In this document: positions 10,276 to 24,134 of the stretch, in pieces | Position numbering within the stretch: position 1 is the stretch's first letter | How the letters are laid out: every line of letters begins with the position of its first letter | Source of the DNA: Callorhinchus milii | Lineage: Eukaryota | Length of the DNA stretch: 64,000 nt | Reading direction: 5' to 3' | Assembly: GCF_018977255.1 (NCBI RefSeq) | Contig: NW_024704742.1 | Location: forward strand, 134,294,001-134,358,000 | Program-made: the position numbers and the translations under genes | The notes under the pieces: model-generated | Databases searched by the model: none | What the model saw: the letters and a program-made list of their open reading frames with translations, nothing else | What the model was told of the DNA's origin: nothing

Positions 10276-13200
10276 TTGAGCCCCCTCTAGCCCTAGCCAC
10301 CCACCACCTATATATTTTTTTAAAAATCAGGTGTGCATTGGAGATTGCTAGATTAGCACTGAGCTCTCAGTTCAGATAGTCCATTGCTCTGGCTCTGCAT
10401 GTTGGGGCTGCCCTCTACCACTCATTGGTGGGGTGGGGGGTGGGGAGAGGGGGAAAGATTCAGTTTAATTTTTTAGAGACTGCTTTCACTACACAACTGT
10501 GTAATTGCAAACTCTGAACCAAGCGCTAACTAGTGCTAAACCCTACTTACATGGCAATACTGGCGTCAAGTGACAGTATTAGGTTGCAGCTTGGCTCACC
10601 TCCGAGTCAGAGGGCTGTGGGTTTGAGCCCAACATCGGGATTGACACTCCAGCTCTGTGGTGTTGGAGGTGCCGTTCTTTGGGTGAGACATTAAATTGTG
10701 ATCCCATCTACGTGTTCAGTGCACCTTAAAGATCCCACGAGCAAGATTCTTCTGTTGTCCTGGACAAAATCTCCGCAGATAAAATCGGCCATTCACATTT
10801 TGGCTGTTTGTGGGACACTCTTAGATCAAGTCATCTGTTGTGTTTGCCTGAAAATTACACAATAAATCCTGTGAAGTGTTTCGAGCCATTTTCCCAAAGT
10901 GAAAGGAGCTTTACCAATGCAAGGGTTATTTATTAATTCTATACAATATGGAATTCAGCTCTTTTAAGAACTAAAGTAAAACAGGTTCAATAGATTAAAT
11001 TTAAGGATTTTCCAATGAATTCTGTAAAATTTATACTCTCGGGGAGTGTAAAAAAAAATTTGGTCACTCAATCTATGACTGTTTGTGGGACACTGCTGTA
11101 TGTAATTGGCTGCCGCGTTTCACCCACAAAATACACAGTCAATTCATATATTCTGTCAAGCACTTTGGGACGTCACAACGAGGTGATGAAGTGCTAAATC
11201 AAATGCAAGGATTATTATTTATTATTATTGCTAAGTGTCAGTTTGGCTCAATAGTAAAACTTTTATCTCCAAGTCAGAAGGTTGTGGGTTCGAGCACAAC
11301 ATTGGGATTTTTAGTTCAGAGTCTAGGCTGACATTGCAATATTGGGGGAGGGCTGCATCGTTAGACGTGCCATCCTTTGGATGAGGCGTTAAAAGAAGTT
11401 CTTGTCTGCCGGTTTAGATGGACATTAAAGATCCCATGGCGCTATTCAACAAAGAAAAGGGAGTTTCTCCAAGTGTCTTGGCCAACAATCCCCCAGATAA
11501 AACTGCTCATTCACTCCATGGCTGTTTGTGGGTCATGACTGTGTGGAAATTGGAGTTTGCCTACAAAATACACAGTCACTACACCTCACAGTAAAATCTT
11601 ATGAAGCGCTTTGAGGCATCTCAATTACATGATAAGGCACTATATCAAATACAGGAATTATTACCTTAAATTTCAAAGTCGCATAGGCTTGCGGTGGTGC
11701 AATACAATTTATAATTTCTGTTTTTTTAGTGCTTATCATGTCGGAAGGAAATCTCAAAGCATTTGACATTGCTGGCTGGGGGGAGGGAATGGGGAATCTA
11801 ATGGTGTGCTTACAGCCTAAGAATTGGTGAAATTTAGGATCCTTGTGCTCTTTCTTTGTGAAGTAACACTATAGAAAAATAATGTCTTTTGTCAGTGCGT
11901 GGTTGCATTTCACACTACATTTTACGTTTCCTTCACAAAATAGTTACTTACCCAGTGTATCCTGTGAAGCGCTTTAAGACATCTTGATGACATGATAAGG
12001 CGCTAGATCAAATTCAAGGCTTATTATTATTATTATTACACTGTGGGGGGGAGGAGGGAGGGGGAAAGACGATATCAATTACAAGCACCTGATCCGATAC
12101 AGAGCATTACTGAAACCTATCATTACGTCGGACAGCTCTGGGTCAAGATTCACCTCACTGTTTTGCCTGACTGGCATAAGTGTCAGAAGAGATCCTTAAG
12201 AACATTCCCAGAATAGATAGCGCTTGTGCAAGAGGTGTGAATTACACGTTACTGTGGAGGGGAATTGAGCCACGCAAATAGATCATTGCACTGAAGGACA
12301 TGGGGACTGATTGAGGTGTCTGTGATCAGTGATATTTCTTTTCAACGCTCAGACAGTAACTACAAGGTACGTACCAAGCTGGGGATTAGCAGGCATGCTG
12401 ATTTAACAGTACAGTTAGATGATTCTGTTGTATAATACATTCACATTCTTTATTTTTTTTTCCTTCATTTGTAGAAATTGAAAGCGCGATTTTTCAAAAC
12501 AATATATAGACTTCAAGTTTAACCGCTTGGATGATATTATTAATAATAAGAATCCTCGCATTTGATATAGCACCATATCGCTTAGTTGAGACATCTCAAC
12601 AACAACAACAGCAACATTACATTTATAGAGTGCCTTTCATGTCGGGAGGATGTCCCAAAGCCCTGAACCGTCAGGTGTCGGGGTCCGAGCATGGGGGAGA
12701 AGGCAGAGAGGTGGGAGGGAGACCGAAGACACGATCGAAGAGAAGGGTCTTGAGACCGGCCTTGAAGGAGTGTTTCAGAGAATAGAATGTGAAGTTTGTG
12801 GGCGAAATGCAGCAGCCAGTTGCTTTGCGCACAGCAATGTCCCACAAACAGTCGTGGATTGAGTGACCATGTTGAATGTTATTCAGAAACGAGTATTGGA
12901 AAAAAAAGGAATTTACAATTATAGGTTTGTAATTGGTCACTCAATCCATGGCTGTTGGTGGGACGCTGCTGTGCGCAATTGGCTGCTGCGTTTCGTCCAC
13001 AAAATATACAGTCAATTCACTTTACAATATACTCTGTGATGCGCTTTGAGCCGTCTCAATGACAAGATAAGGCGCTATATCAAATGCAAGGATTATTATA
13101 ATAATATAAGCGTAGAGAGGGTGCGAGTGAGGAGAAAGTGTGTAAGTGTGAGGGTGGAGGGAATATGTTTGTAGAGACAGGGTGTGTGTAGAGAAAGTGT

Positions 13201-13721
13201 ATGTATGTCTGTGTGTCTGAGTGTGGAACGTGTATGAATTTGTAGTGCTGGTGTGGGGCACAGCCTTCTGCCCCTGAGCCAGGCTGACGCACTTTATGAT
13301 TTTATGATCAGAAAGTTGTAAATTCTCTAATAGCAGACAGATTGCTAATTCATTTACTACACTTCAGGGAGCAATCAGGAGCCAGACTTCATGTCACGAT
13401 GTAATAAAGGATCTAGCTCTATGCCAAAAGTACTTACCGTGCTTTCAAATATAATTATAGTGGGGTTGAAGGAGATGCGTGCTGTTGACAATTCCCCTTC
13501 AGCCTGGCTCGGTCATTACCACTGTTACCTCTGACTCAGAAGATTGTGGGACCTAGCCCCACGTCAGCAGTCTGAGCTCACAGTCTTGGGTGACACTCCA
13601 ACCCAGCTTTGGGGGGCGCTGCATTGTCAGAGGTGCTGTTCTTTGAATGAGATATTGAACCATGGCGCTATTCGAAAGGAGCTTCTGCTCTGTGTCCTGG
13701 CTAAAAAATTCCCAGGTATAA

Positions 13722-14548
13722 TCAGGGGCAGAGTGCCAGAAGGCCCACCCGCCAAAGGTGGGGGCCGGCGAGGTGGAGTACATGAATCAGGCCGGAGACC
13801 GCTGAGCGGAGGGAACTGGCAGGTTGGTAGGGGCTTAGGAGGTCGCAGAGGTAGGGGGAAGCAAGACCATGGAGGGCTCTGAAGCTGAGGACCAGGATTT
13901 TGAACTGTATCCTCTGTGTGATGGGAAGCCAGAGGAGTCGGGCGAGGATGGGGGATCGGAGCTGGTATCGGAGCTGAACCATGTTGCGGAGGTGGGGGAA
14001 GGCAGAGTGGATCATGGTACAGATGTGGGGTAAAAAGGATAGCTTTTTCAAACAAGTTGCCAAAGTTCCGGAACGGCTTAGTAAGGTGGAGTGTGCAACC
14101 ACGGATGGTGATCCTGTCAGCGCCTGAGGTGAGGAGGCGCTGACGGGAGCCAATCAGGAGAGCCTCGGTCTTATTGACATTCAACTGTAGAAAGTTAGCT
14201 CTCATCCAGGATAGATATCTGACAGACATTCTGTCAGCACAGCAGTGGTCCTGGAGTCCAGGGTGGAGGCAGAGAGGTACAGTTGGGTGTCACCCGCGTA
14301 CATGTGGAAATTGACCCCATTTCTGCGGATGATGTCACCAAGAGGGAGCATATAGACATTGAAAAGGAGGGGACCAAGGACAGAGCCGTGAGGAACGCCG
14401 CACAAGACGGTGCGGGGGATAGAGGAGGAGGAGCCGTTTGTGGAGATGAAGTGGAGACAGTGTGAGAGGTAGGATCTGAACCAATCAAGGACAGAACCAC
14501 AAAGGTTGAGGTGAGAGGAGAGACGGTGGAGGAGGGTAGAGTGGTCAA
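13722..14548 (-). mobile_element. L2-type LINE reverse-transcriptase fragment (degenerate)
   Basis: [43 protein letters not shown] and NFLQLNVNKTEALLIG, broken by frameshifts. Confidence 0.92.
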
Positions 14549-15289
14549 CTATTTAAATATTTCTGCATTCGCCTGGAAAATACACAGTGGCTTCACAGTA
14601 AATCCTTTGAAAGCTGTAGCAAATACAAGGATGATTATTTTGTGTACAGTTTCAAGGTCAGACTTTATAATTGGCAGCTCATCCAGAGCACCGAATGTGT
14701 CTGTCGCTCTCCCCTGTTAGTACTGAGTTAGTTCATCGGTGGGTTGCTGTTAGGCTATTAAGCAAACCTAGATAAATCAGCTGTGGTTACAGATCCTGAT
14801 CAGTAAACCAGTAATTACTTACCTTAGACTTACTGTATACCTACAATGCCTCCAATAATCAAGCTTGGCTTTTCCGCCAAAGCATTCCTCGCTCCTCTCC
14901 TGCCTCGACAGCATGTAAATGATAACGTTCATTTTGGCTTGTACCTATCCTTGTAAGTCAATAGACAAACAAAGAAGCACGTACGTAAATGATAACAATA
15001 ATAAATAAGTAATGATCATTGCATCTGATACAGCAGCCAATCATGTCATCAAAACGCCTCAAACCACTTCACAGGATTTAATGTCAAGTGTTTTGTAAGA
15101 TAACACTGGTAGCTCGCGGAAACAGCCATGAGGTGAATGACTTGCATTATCTGGGGGAATATTGGCCAGGAGAAACTCCCTTATAAGTAAAAGAACAAAT
15201 AAATAAATAATCCTTGTGTTTAATAAAATATCTCAAAATATTTCATAAAGTTGTTGTAAAGTGTAACAACTATATGTATAGGCCATACA

Positions 15290-15800
15290 ACAGCACAACA
15301 AGAATTTGCATTTCTATTACTCCGTTCACGCTTCTTGGAACGCTTGACAGTGGCAGAGTCTGACCCCGAACCAGGGGGAGTGGAAGGGCGGAGGTGACTG
15401 TAAGAACGATCAAAAGGAAAGTCTTTATGTGGGATTTGGAAGTAGGGAGGGAGGGGGCAAGGCGGAGGGATTGAGGGAGAGAATTCCAGAGTTTCGGGAC
15501 GTAGTGGCTGAACACACGGCCATCGACAGTGGAGCGGAGGACACGAGGGATGAATAGGAGGCCATAACCAGCCCGAGGACAGCCAGCGGGTAGTGGATTG
15601 GGTCTAAGCAGATCGGAGAGGTAGGGAGGTGCGAGGGCATGAAGGGATTTGAGAACAAGTGAGAGGCTCTTGAAATTGATCTGTTCAGTGATTGGGAGCC
15701 AGTGGAGCCTGGCAAGGACTGGTGTGATGGGGGTACGGAGTTTTGTGGGGTCAGAATCTGGGCGGCGGAGTTCTGAATGGGTTGTGTACGGTGGAGCTGG
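15290..15800 (-). mobile_element. L2-type LINE 3' end (related pieces at ~1-300, 400-830, 21360-21770 and 37215-37575)
   Basis: [36 protein letters not shown] motif. Confidence 0.85.
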
Positions 15801-17009
15801 GGAGACCAGAGAGGAGGGCAATGGAATAGTCCAATATGGCAACAACTACAATAATTTGCATTTATAGAGCCTCTCACATCAGGAAGATGTCCCAAAGTGG
15901 TGGACATTCGTAGGTTTGCACCCGAGCTGGGGGTTGGTTTGGGGAGAGGTGGAGCCAAGGTGTGTGAAGGGGGGAAAATGACCAAAAGTGGTGTCAAAGA
16001 GGAAGGTTTTGAGACACACCTTGAAGGAGGCAAGGGAAGTGGCAAGGTGAAGGGACTCTGGGATGGAGTTCCGCAGCGTGGGGGCAGAAAGTCTGAAAGC
16101 TTGACAGGTTATTTTGGGGTGGGCAGGGCGGGAGATGTGAAGCAGAGGAAGCGGTCAGGTTGGTAGGGTTTAAGAAATTCACAGAAGCAGGGGGAGGCAA
16201 GACTGGGGGATGGGGTGCCATTTGGAGTTGGGTGAGGTTGGGGGTGATAGGATTGTGAAGCCTAGTGCTGGAGCGGACTCAAGTTATAGAGTTCTGAATG
16301 GTCTGCAGCTTGTGGAGGGAAGAATTGGGAAGTCCAGTGAGCAGAGTTGGCGTAGTCTAGCCTGGACATGATGGATGCATGGATTAGGGCCTTGGCAGTC
16401 CACGAGGAGAGGGAGTGCCAGCAGCCAATTTGTGCACAGCAATGTCCCACAAACAGTCCAAAACAAGCGACTGAGTAATTGAATAATTTTCCAATATCTT
16501 GCATAATCTTAAATTTTAACTTGATAGTCTCAAGGCTGAGGCAATGGGAAATTTCAGGCCTCTGGTCATAACTGCTAAATTTAAGCAGTGTAAATGTCAG
16601 AGTCAGAACAGAAGATTAATTATCTGTGGTCACACTGTTTATTGAGAGTTTATTGACCACAGTATTTATAGTTATACAGGTTTTCAAGGAAGGTACAGAT
16701 GAAGAAGACCCTTTGGTCCATTTGATCTCACCTTCCTGAACACCCTTCAGTCCTCCACAGCATTAAACTGTTTTTTAAGTGAGTGCCAGCCCTGGTCTGA
16801 ACCACCTTTTCTCTCTGTGTAAAGGAATACTTCCTGGTGTCTGTCCTGAAATTGCCCTTTACAACCCCGAGCCTCTGTTATTCTGCTGTCTTGTTTTGCT
16901 TTGTTAGACATGAGGTTAGTGGCTGTTCTAGACAAGCTGATTGTTAATAAGTGTAGGCAGATTTGGCAGCCAATTTACTCACAACAATATCCCACAAACA
17001 GTAATTACA

Positions 17010-17675
17010 ACTATCCTTTCTACCACACATCTGTGCCATGACCCGTTCTGCCTTCCCCCACCTCTGCAACATTGCCCGGCTCCACTGTCTCAGACCGCAG
17101 GCCGCTGAAACCCTCATACACACTTTCAATACATCAAGGCTCGACTATGCAAACTCATTGCTTGTCGGCCTCCCCAACTCCTCCCTCCACAGGCTGCAGA
17201 TCATCCAGAACTCTGCAGCATGGGTCCTCTCCCGCACCAGGCTCCATGACGCTATCATCCTATCCTTGCCCAACTCCATCGGCTTCCCATCACACAGAGG
17301 TTACAGTTCAAGATCCTGGTCCTCACCTTCAAAGCCCTCCATGTCCTCGCTCCCCCCTATCTCTGCAACCACCTAACCCCCTACCATGCTGCTCGCTCCA
17401 TCCGCTCAGTGGGCTCCGGCCTGCTTCACATCCCCCGCCTCGCTCGCCCCACTATTGGTGAGCAGTCCCTCTATCTCACACCCTCCCATTCCACCTTCAA
17501 GACCCATCTCAAGACTCTCCTCTTCGATTGTGGTTTCGATCTCCCTGCTTCCCCCACTGCCCTCCATCCTTCTCTACCCAACCCTCATCTCTAGTCCATA
17601 ACGCTGTCTGTCCAGAGCCTTGAGACGTCCTCCTGACATGAAAGGTGCTTTCCAAATATAATTTTGTTGTTGTTC
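17010..17675 (+). mobile_element. L2-type LINE 3' end
   Basis: SRLDYANSLLVGLPNSSLHRLQIIQNSAA and the same tail as 26590-27873. Confidence 0.9.
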
Positions 17676-18619
17676 ATGAATTGCCTATTTTTCTAGGGGA
17701 TTGTTGGTCACGACACTGGAAGAAACTCTTTTCTCTTTTCAATTAGTGCCATTAGATCTTTAAAGTCCACCCGAACAGGCAGACCGTTTTAATATCTTAT
17801 CTGCGGACGGCCCCTCAAACAATGCAGCGCTCCCCCACCCCCATACACCCAGCACTGCGTTGAACTGTTAGCCTAGACGATGTGAGCTCAAAGTATTAAT
17901 GTGGGGCTTGTACCCACAGATCTCTGATCCCGAATGTTACCACCTAAGCCAAATTGACAATTTATGGCACAAAATAATCCTAAAACCAAAAGCTTTACAA
18001 GCCAATGCAGTGGTTCCAAGGTTAAGAGACACACCTCTACTTGGGGGACACTGTCACCTAGTGGTCGTTCAGGCTTTCAGTTTAAACATCGCAAATTGCA
18101 CTTGACAACCACTTTACAAAGATTTACAAAGAATAAATAGCTCAGAAACAGGCCGCTCAGCCCAACCAGTTCATGTCGGTGTGTTTATATTCTATACAAG
18201 TCTTCACTCACTCCTTATTCCATCCCATACCCTTCTATTCCCTCCCTCCCTCATATAATGTTTCACCCACAAAATACACAGTCAATCTACTTTACAGTAT
18301 ATCCTGTAAAGCACTTTGGGACATCTCAACAACATACAGGTGCTATATAAGGCAATTCCCGGGCAGGCTGACACCTTAGGCAAGTTTCCTTACTCCTCAT
18401 GCCTCTGTTTACCTAGCAGTAAGTAGGAAGTTGGTTGTTAGTTGATTGGTGGATCACTTGGGGGTAATAATTCCTAAAAAAACTCGATCCACGATTGTTT
18501 GTGGGATACTACTGAGCGCAATTGGCTGCCGTACTTTAAGACATCTCAACTAAGTGATAAGGCCCTATATAAAATGCAAGGATTATTATGATTATTAATA
18601 ATATTATTATTAAATGCGG

Positions 18620-19370
18620 GGATTATTATCATAAAGGTCTAGCTTCCTCTCGAATACCATCTAATTATCTGATTCAACCACAGCTTCACGCAGCGAGTTC
18701 CACAAGTTCACTACCTCCTCATGAAGGGGTTCCTCTGTAATTCTCTTTTAGATCTTCTAGTCACTATCTTATACTTGTGTCCCCTGGTTATGGACTCCTC
18801 AGCCAGAGGAAACAGCCTATTTATGTGAACCGTTTTATAATCCTAAATACCTCCATTGGATCTCCCCTTAAACGTCTCTTCTCTGGTAAAAAAAAAAGGC
18901 TAGTCTATCCTGATAGCAGTAACCTGCCAGCCCTTGTAAACCTACGCTGTACTCTTTCCATCACTGCTATGTCCTTCTAATAATGTGGAGACAAGAAATG
19001 ATCATAATCCTCTAAATGTGGTCTTACCAAGTTTTGTATGAATTCAACGTCACTTTCTCACTTTTCTCTTCTATCCCATTCGTTATAAATCCAAAACCCT
19101 ATTGGTCCTTGTTATAGCCGTATCTACCTGTGGAGCTACTTTTAGAGATTTGTGGATCTGAATCTCCAGATCTCTTTGCTGTTCTACTCCTCTTAGGTTC
19201 CTATCATCTAAACAGTTGATTTATATTTTCCTGCTAAAGTGAATTTCTTTGCATTTTCCTACATTAAACTTCATTTGCCACTACCTGCCCAATTCGGCTA
19301 ACCTATTTATGTCTTCCTGCATTCTTCTTCACTGTAAACCATACCCCCAGTTTGTTGTCATCTGATGCTC
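18620..19370 (-). mobile_element. CR1-type LINE fragment (degenerate)
   Basis: Sequence resembles the CR1 element at 62930-64000 and 61690-61965 (aaatgtggtc..accaa, cattaaacttcat.tgccac). Confidence 0.6.
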
Positions 19371-19383
19371 AGTGGTGTCCTGT

Positions 19384-19705
19384 GGACTCCTGTAGCTCAG
19401 TGGTTAGAACGTTCGCCTCGCAAGCAGGAGACCTGGGTTCGATTCCCGGTAGGGCAAAATGTTGGGGAAGTTTCCTTACTCTGCACTCCTCTGTTTACCT
19501 GGCAGTAAGTAGGAACCTCATTGTTAGTTGATTGGCTCGTTGCTTTTCCAGGGGTAATAATCCCTTTTTAAAAAAATTGGTCACTCAATCCACGACCTTT
19601 TGTGGGACACTGCTGTGCGCGTTTCGCCCACAAAATATACAGTCAATTCACTTTAGTGTATTCTGTGAAGCTCTTTGTGACATCTTGAAGACGTGGCAAG
19701 GTGCT
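19384..19705 (+). mobile_element. tRNA-derived SINE, long variant
   Basis: Same head, plus an extra segment ctctgtttacctggcagtaagtaggaacc...ggggtaataatccc before the Deu-like body. Confidence 0.85.
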
Positions 19706-20553
19706 TTCCTCTTTCCAAGGTTTGCTACATTCACCCAAACCTCTCTTTTTTTTTCAATTTTTACTCGCATCTCTTCCCTGACTATTTCAATTCTGAATCG
19801 CAGTGTCTAACGTGTCAATTTAATGCAGTGCTGAGAGAGCTGCATTGTCAGAGATGCCATCCTTTGGACGAGACATTAAACCGAGGTCTTGTTTGCCTGA
19901 TCAGGTGGAGGTTAAAGATCCCACTGCACAATTCTAAAAGAGACAGGAGTTTCTCCCAGCGTCCTGGCCAATAATCCCCCAAATAAACTTGGTCACGTGT
20001 GCAAACTGGCTGCCCTGTTTCGCATATAAAATACAGTCAATCCATTTCACAGCAAATCCTGCGAAGCGCTTTGAGGTGTCTTTTTGACGTAATAAGGAGC
20101 TATACCAAATGCAAGTATTATTATTATCCAAAGGCGGCACCTCTGACAATGCAATGCTCTGAGCCTCAGTTCTGCGTAAGCCTAGTCTTGTGAGCTCAAA
20201 GTCCCAATGACATGAGGCTTGAACGAACAACTGAGCCAGCCTGATACCTCGTTGGGTCTTTCGAAGGGATTTGAAAACAGGAGCGGGGAGGAGAAGGGAA
20301 TTTAAGAGGACTTTCCTGAGAGCAGTGGCATGATGGTAAATTAATTTATATTGTGAATATTCATATTGAAATATATCAAATGATGACCAGACAGGTGAGT
20401 TGCCTGGAAATGCAAGTGAAATACAGATTCATTCACAAAAAAAGAATTTTACAACTGTATTGGTGGAAACTGCTTGTATTATTTCCTGGGAAGTAAATAC
20501 ATCATAATAGCAATAATCCTTACATTTGTTATAGCATCTTTCACATCAGGAGG

Positions 20554-20878
20554 ATAATAATAATAATAATAATAATCCTTGCATTTGATATAGCGCTTTT
20601 CACGTCGGGAGGACGTCCCAAAGCGCTTCACAGAACACACTGTAAAGTGAATTGACTGTATATTTGTGGGCGAACGCGGCAGCCAATTGTGCACAGCAAT
20701 GTCCCACAAACAGTCGTAATTGAAAATGACCAATTTAATTATTGTTTTTGGTTTTTTGGAGGGATTATTATTAGGCGTGTGGAGTAAGGAAACTTGCCCA
20801 AGGTTTCGCCCTGCCTGGAATTGAACTCAGGTCTCTAGCTTGCAAAGCGAGTGCTCAACCACTGAGCTACAGGACTCC
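20554..20878 (-). mobile_element. tRNA-derived Deu-type SINE, short young variant, nested in an older element tail
   Basis: Near-identical to 9670-9996, and interrupts an older tcacatcaggagga..cccaaagcacttc tail. Confidence 0.9.
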
Positions 20879-21214
20879 ACAAAGGATGGCCCAAAGCACT
20901 TCAAAGGAAAGTGCAGTGACTGTTTGTTTACATGATAATTATCACAGTGAATCCACTTTACAATATATTCTGTGAAGCGATTTGAGATGTCTCAACGACG
21001 TGATAAGGCGCTGTATCAAATGCAAGGATTAATATCATATCTCTGGGTCAAGCTAGTGATCTGATCATGAGAATCAGGTTGTTATAGTAAAGTATTATTG
21101 GATTATTATTATTATCACAGCCCTTACTTCCTCCCCTCTTCCCACTCCCTATACTCTCTTGATAGTAACATATTGTTTTTATTCTCCTCCTGTTTGTTTT
21201 AGACACTTACCAGA

Positions 21215-21320
21215 ATGTCGGCGGAGTTTCCCACAGAATCACCCCCTCGCTTTGTGGCTTCACTCAAGTCTCAGCGAGTCTCAGAGAATGTTGACGTCCA
21301 ATTCTCCTGTACAATATCTG
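21215..21320 (+). CDS. ALPK2: ALPK2 first coding exon (exon starts at 21203), start of Ig-like domain 1
   Basis: MSAEFPTESPPRFVASLKSQRVSENVDVQFSCTIS(G). Acceptor tgttttag at 21202, donor G|gtaaat. Confidence 0.88.
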
Positions 21321-22265
21321 GTAAATAATGCAGATTGCTACTTGTACCTGTGCACCAACAACAACAATAAAATTACGGTTGTACAGAGCCTTTCGCGTCG
21401 GGAGGACATCCTAAGGCGCTGGACGGTTTTGGACTCGAGCTGAGGTGGTCAAGATTGGGGAGGGTAAAGAGCAGGGGGGGAAAGCAGGGTGATCGAAAGT
21501 ATGGTTGAAGAGGAGGGTCTTGACATGAATCTTGAAGGAGGCAAGGGAGGGTGCGAGGTTGTGGGTCTGCAAGATGGAGTTCCAGAGGGTGGGGGCAGAG
21601 TGACAGAAGACCCGCGCCCCCAATGGTGGGGAGGGCGAGACGGGGGACATGAAGCAGGCCGCAGCTCACTGAGCGGAGGGAGTGGGCAGGATTGCAGGTG
21701 TTTAGGAGGTTGCAGATGCAGGGGGAGCAAGGTCATGAAGGACTTTGAAGGTGAGGACCAGGAACTTGAACTGTATCTGTGTCTGTGCACGTCTGTGTCT
21801 GTATCTACGCACAACACTGTATCTGCATCCGTGCTCTTCTACGTCTATATCTGTGCGCATCTGTATCTTTCTCTGTCTCTCAAAGACAGTCTGTTTCTCT
21901 TCCTTTGTCTCTCTCGCTTTCTCTCACTGAAGTCTATTTTTCTCTCTACCTCGGTATCGCCCAGTGGCAATCCATTTCTCTATCAGTCAGCTGTCAGTGT
22001 TTTGCTCTCCCTCTCTCTGTCTCTCTGTCTGTGTGTCACTCGATAGTTCCTTTCGCTTTTTGTCAGTGTGCCTCCACTCATACTCTCTTCATGCAGAGGG
22101 TGGTGAAAATGTGGAGCTTGCTGCCAGAAGCAGTGGATTGAGACAAATAGCACCAACGGATTCAAGAGAAAATGTGTTGTTTACAAGAGAATAGAAGGTA
22201 TAGGAGCGGGGACTAGAAGAGGTGGAGGCTCATGGCCAAATCTATTTTCGGGCTGTAATATTGTG

Positions 22266-22680
22266 TGTCAGCCTGGCTCAGTGGTAGCTCTCGCGCCTGA
22301 GTCAAAAGGTTGTGGGTTCAAAACCCTCACATAGTCTAAGCTGAAGCTCCAATACAATGCTGGGGGTGGGGGGGTGTTACAATGTTGGAGGGGCCGTCCT
22401 TTGGATGAGAATTTAACCGAGGTCCCATCTGCCTGTTCAGGTGGATGTTAAAGATCCCATGGCACTATTCGAAAAGAAAAGGGAGTTTCTCCCTGCCAGT
22501 GAACTGGCCAACAATCCCCCAAATAAGATTGGTGACTCCATGGCTGTTTGCGGGACATTGCTGTGCGCAACTGGCTGCCGTTTTTCGTCCACAAAATACA
22601 CAGTCACTCCACTTTACAACAACTTGATAAAGTGCTATAGCAAATGCAAGATGTATCATTATTATTATTATTATTATGAT
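22266..22680 (+). mobile_element. Older Deu-type SINE family with a different head (SacSINE1-like); similar copies at ~2265-2640, 11237-11665, 49677-50015 and 7320-7750 (minus)
   Basis: cagcctggctcagtggtagc..ggttgtgggttcaa head, gaggtccc.tctgcctgttcaggtggatgttaaagatcccatggcactattcgaa middle, and the shared Deu-like body and tail. Confidence 0.75.
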
Positions 22681-22712
22681 TTTCACTCATACTTTTTTAC
22701 CCTGATCTACAG

Positions 22713-22830
22713 GTAACCCAGAACCAGAAATAACCTGGTACAGAGGAGACAAAGAGCTTCCTAAATCTCTCGGACTCCCTAAATACGAAATACTAAAGAA
22801 TGGCACGATTCACACACTGAAACTGTACAG
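22713..22830 (+). CDS. ALPK2: ALPK2 coding exon 2, Ig-like domain 1
   Basis: 118 nt, (G)NPEPEITWYRGDKELPKSLGLPKYEILKNGTIHTLKLY(R). Carries the I-set Ig G.P.P.ITWY motif, with canonical ag/gt boundaries and phase 1->2. Confidence 0.92.
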
Positions 22831-24134
22831 GTAAAGTGACTGTGTGCATTACGCTCCACCCACTTATCCTTTTGGGAATTTAGAGAACACACAGGAGTTC
22901 ATTCAGCCTATCGTGCTTTACTCTATGAAAGACCTATCACTCCTCCGCCCTTCCATGCACCCTTTAATACAGAATTTTTCTTTATCAAGTATTTGTTCCA
23001 AGTGTCTCAAAACAGAGGCTTTCTGACTGTGCTTTTGGTCATTTTTCACCTCTCCTTCCCACCTTGGTTCCTACACCCCAATTTGAGTGCTCATCCAGCA
23101 CTATGAAGTGCTTTGAGACGGTTTCCTGATGTGAATGGCGCTGTGTAAATGTAAACTGTGTTGGATTGTATTTAATTGCCTTTAAATACAAGTTTGCCTA
23201 CAAAACCCACAGTCACTACACTTTCCAGTGGTATCCTGTGAAGCCCTTTTAGATGCCCTCCAGACTCAGGAAAGTTCCACGTCAAATATTGTTATTGCGT
23301 ACATAGCGCCTTTCAAGGCGTGAGGATGTCTTAAATTCTTTTCACACGAGTGACTGGGAAGCCGAGCTGGCGAGAGGGGGCGAGAGGAGGACTTGACGTA
23401 AAATGTACCGGTCAATTGCAAGGATTATTATTATTAATTGATTGAGATTTGCTCTGCAATGTCTGGAGCCAACACTAGTTGGAACTTTCTCACCTGTATA
23501 AGTCCCCTCAGTTACTATGAACTGTGATCCACAAACTTTTGACTCAGGGTAAGGGCACCACCTATTGGCCAAATGGATACCTCCTTGCAATTGCTGATTT
23601 TTTTTAAATAGCAAAATAAAAATAATCCTTGCATTTAATATGTGACCTGGTTCCACTTTACAATGTGATAAGATGCTATATAATAATAATAATCCTTGCG
23701 TTTGAGATAGCCCCTTATGATGTCTTCAAAATGTCTCAAAGTGCTTCACAGAATATACTTTAGAGAGAATTAATTGTCTATTTTGTGGGAAAAACTCGGT
23801 AGCCAACTGTGCACAGCAGCGTCCCACAAACAGTCGTGTTTTTTTTAATTCAATTTATTTATTTGAAGGGATTATTACTCCCGGAAAGCGATCCAAGAAT
23901 CGATTAAAACCAGGTTCCTACTTACTGCCAAGTGTACAGAGGTATGTGAAGTAAGGAAACTTCAACACAAGGATTATTATTATTATTAATAATAAAATAG
24001 CCAGTCTCACAGTCTGTTCATTTACCAATCAGTTGAGTTAACTAGTACAGAGCCTGGTGTTTCGAGGTCACCCAGGGATATATTGACACAGTGTAAGACT
24101 GGATCTATTTTTTCACACATCCCTCGGCTTTGCA

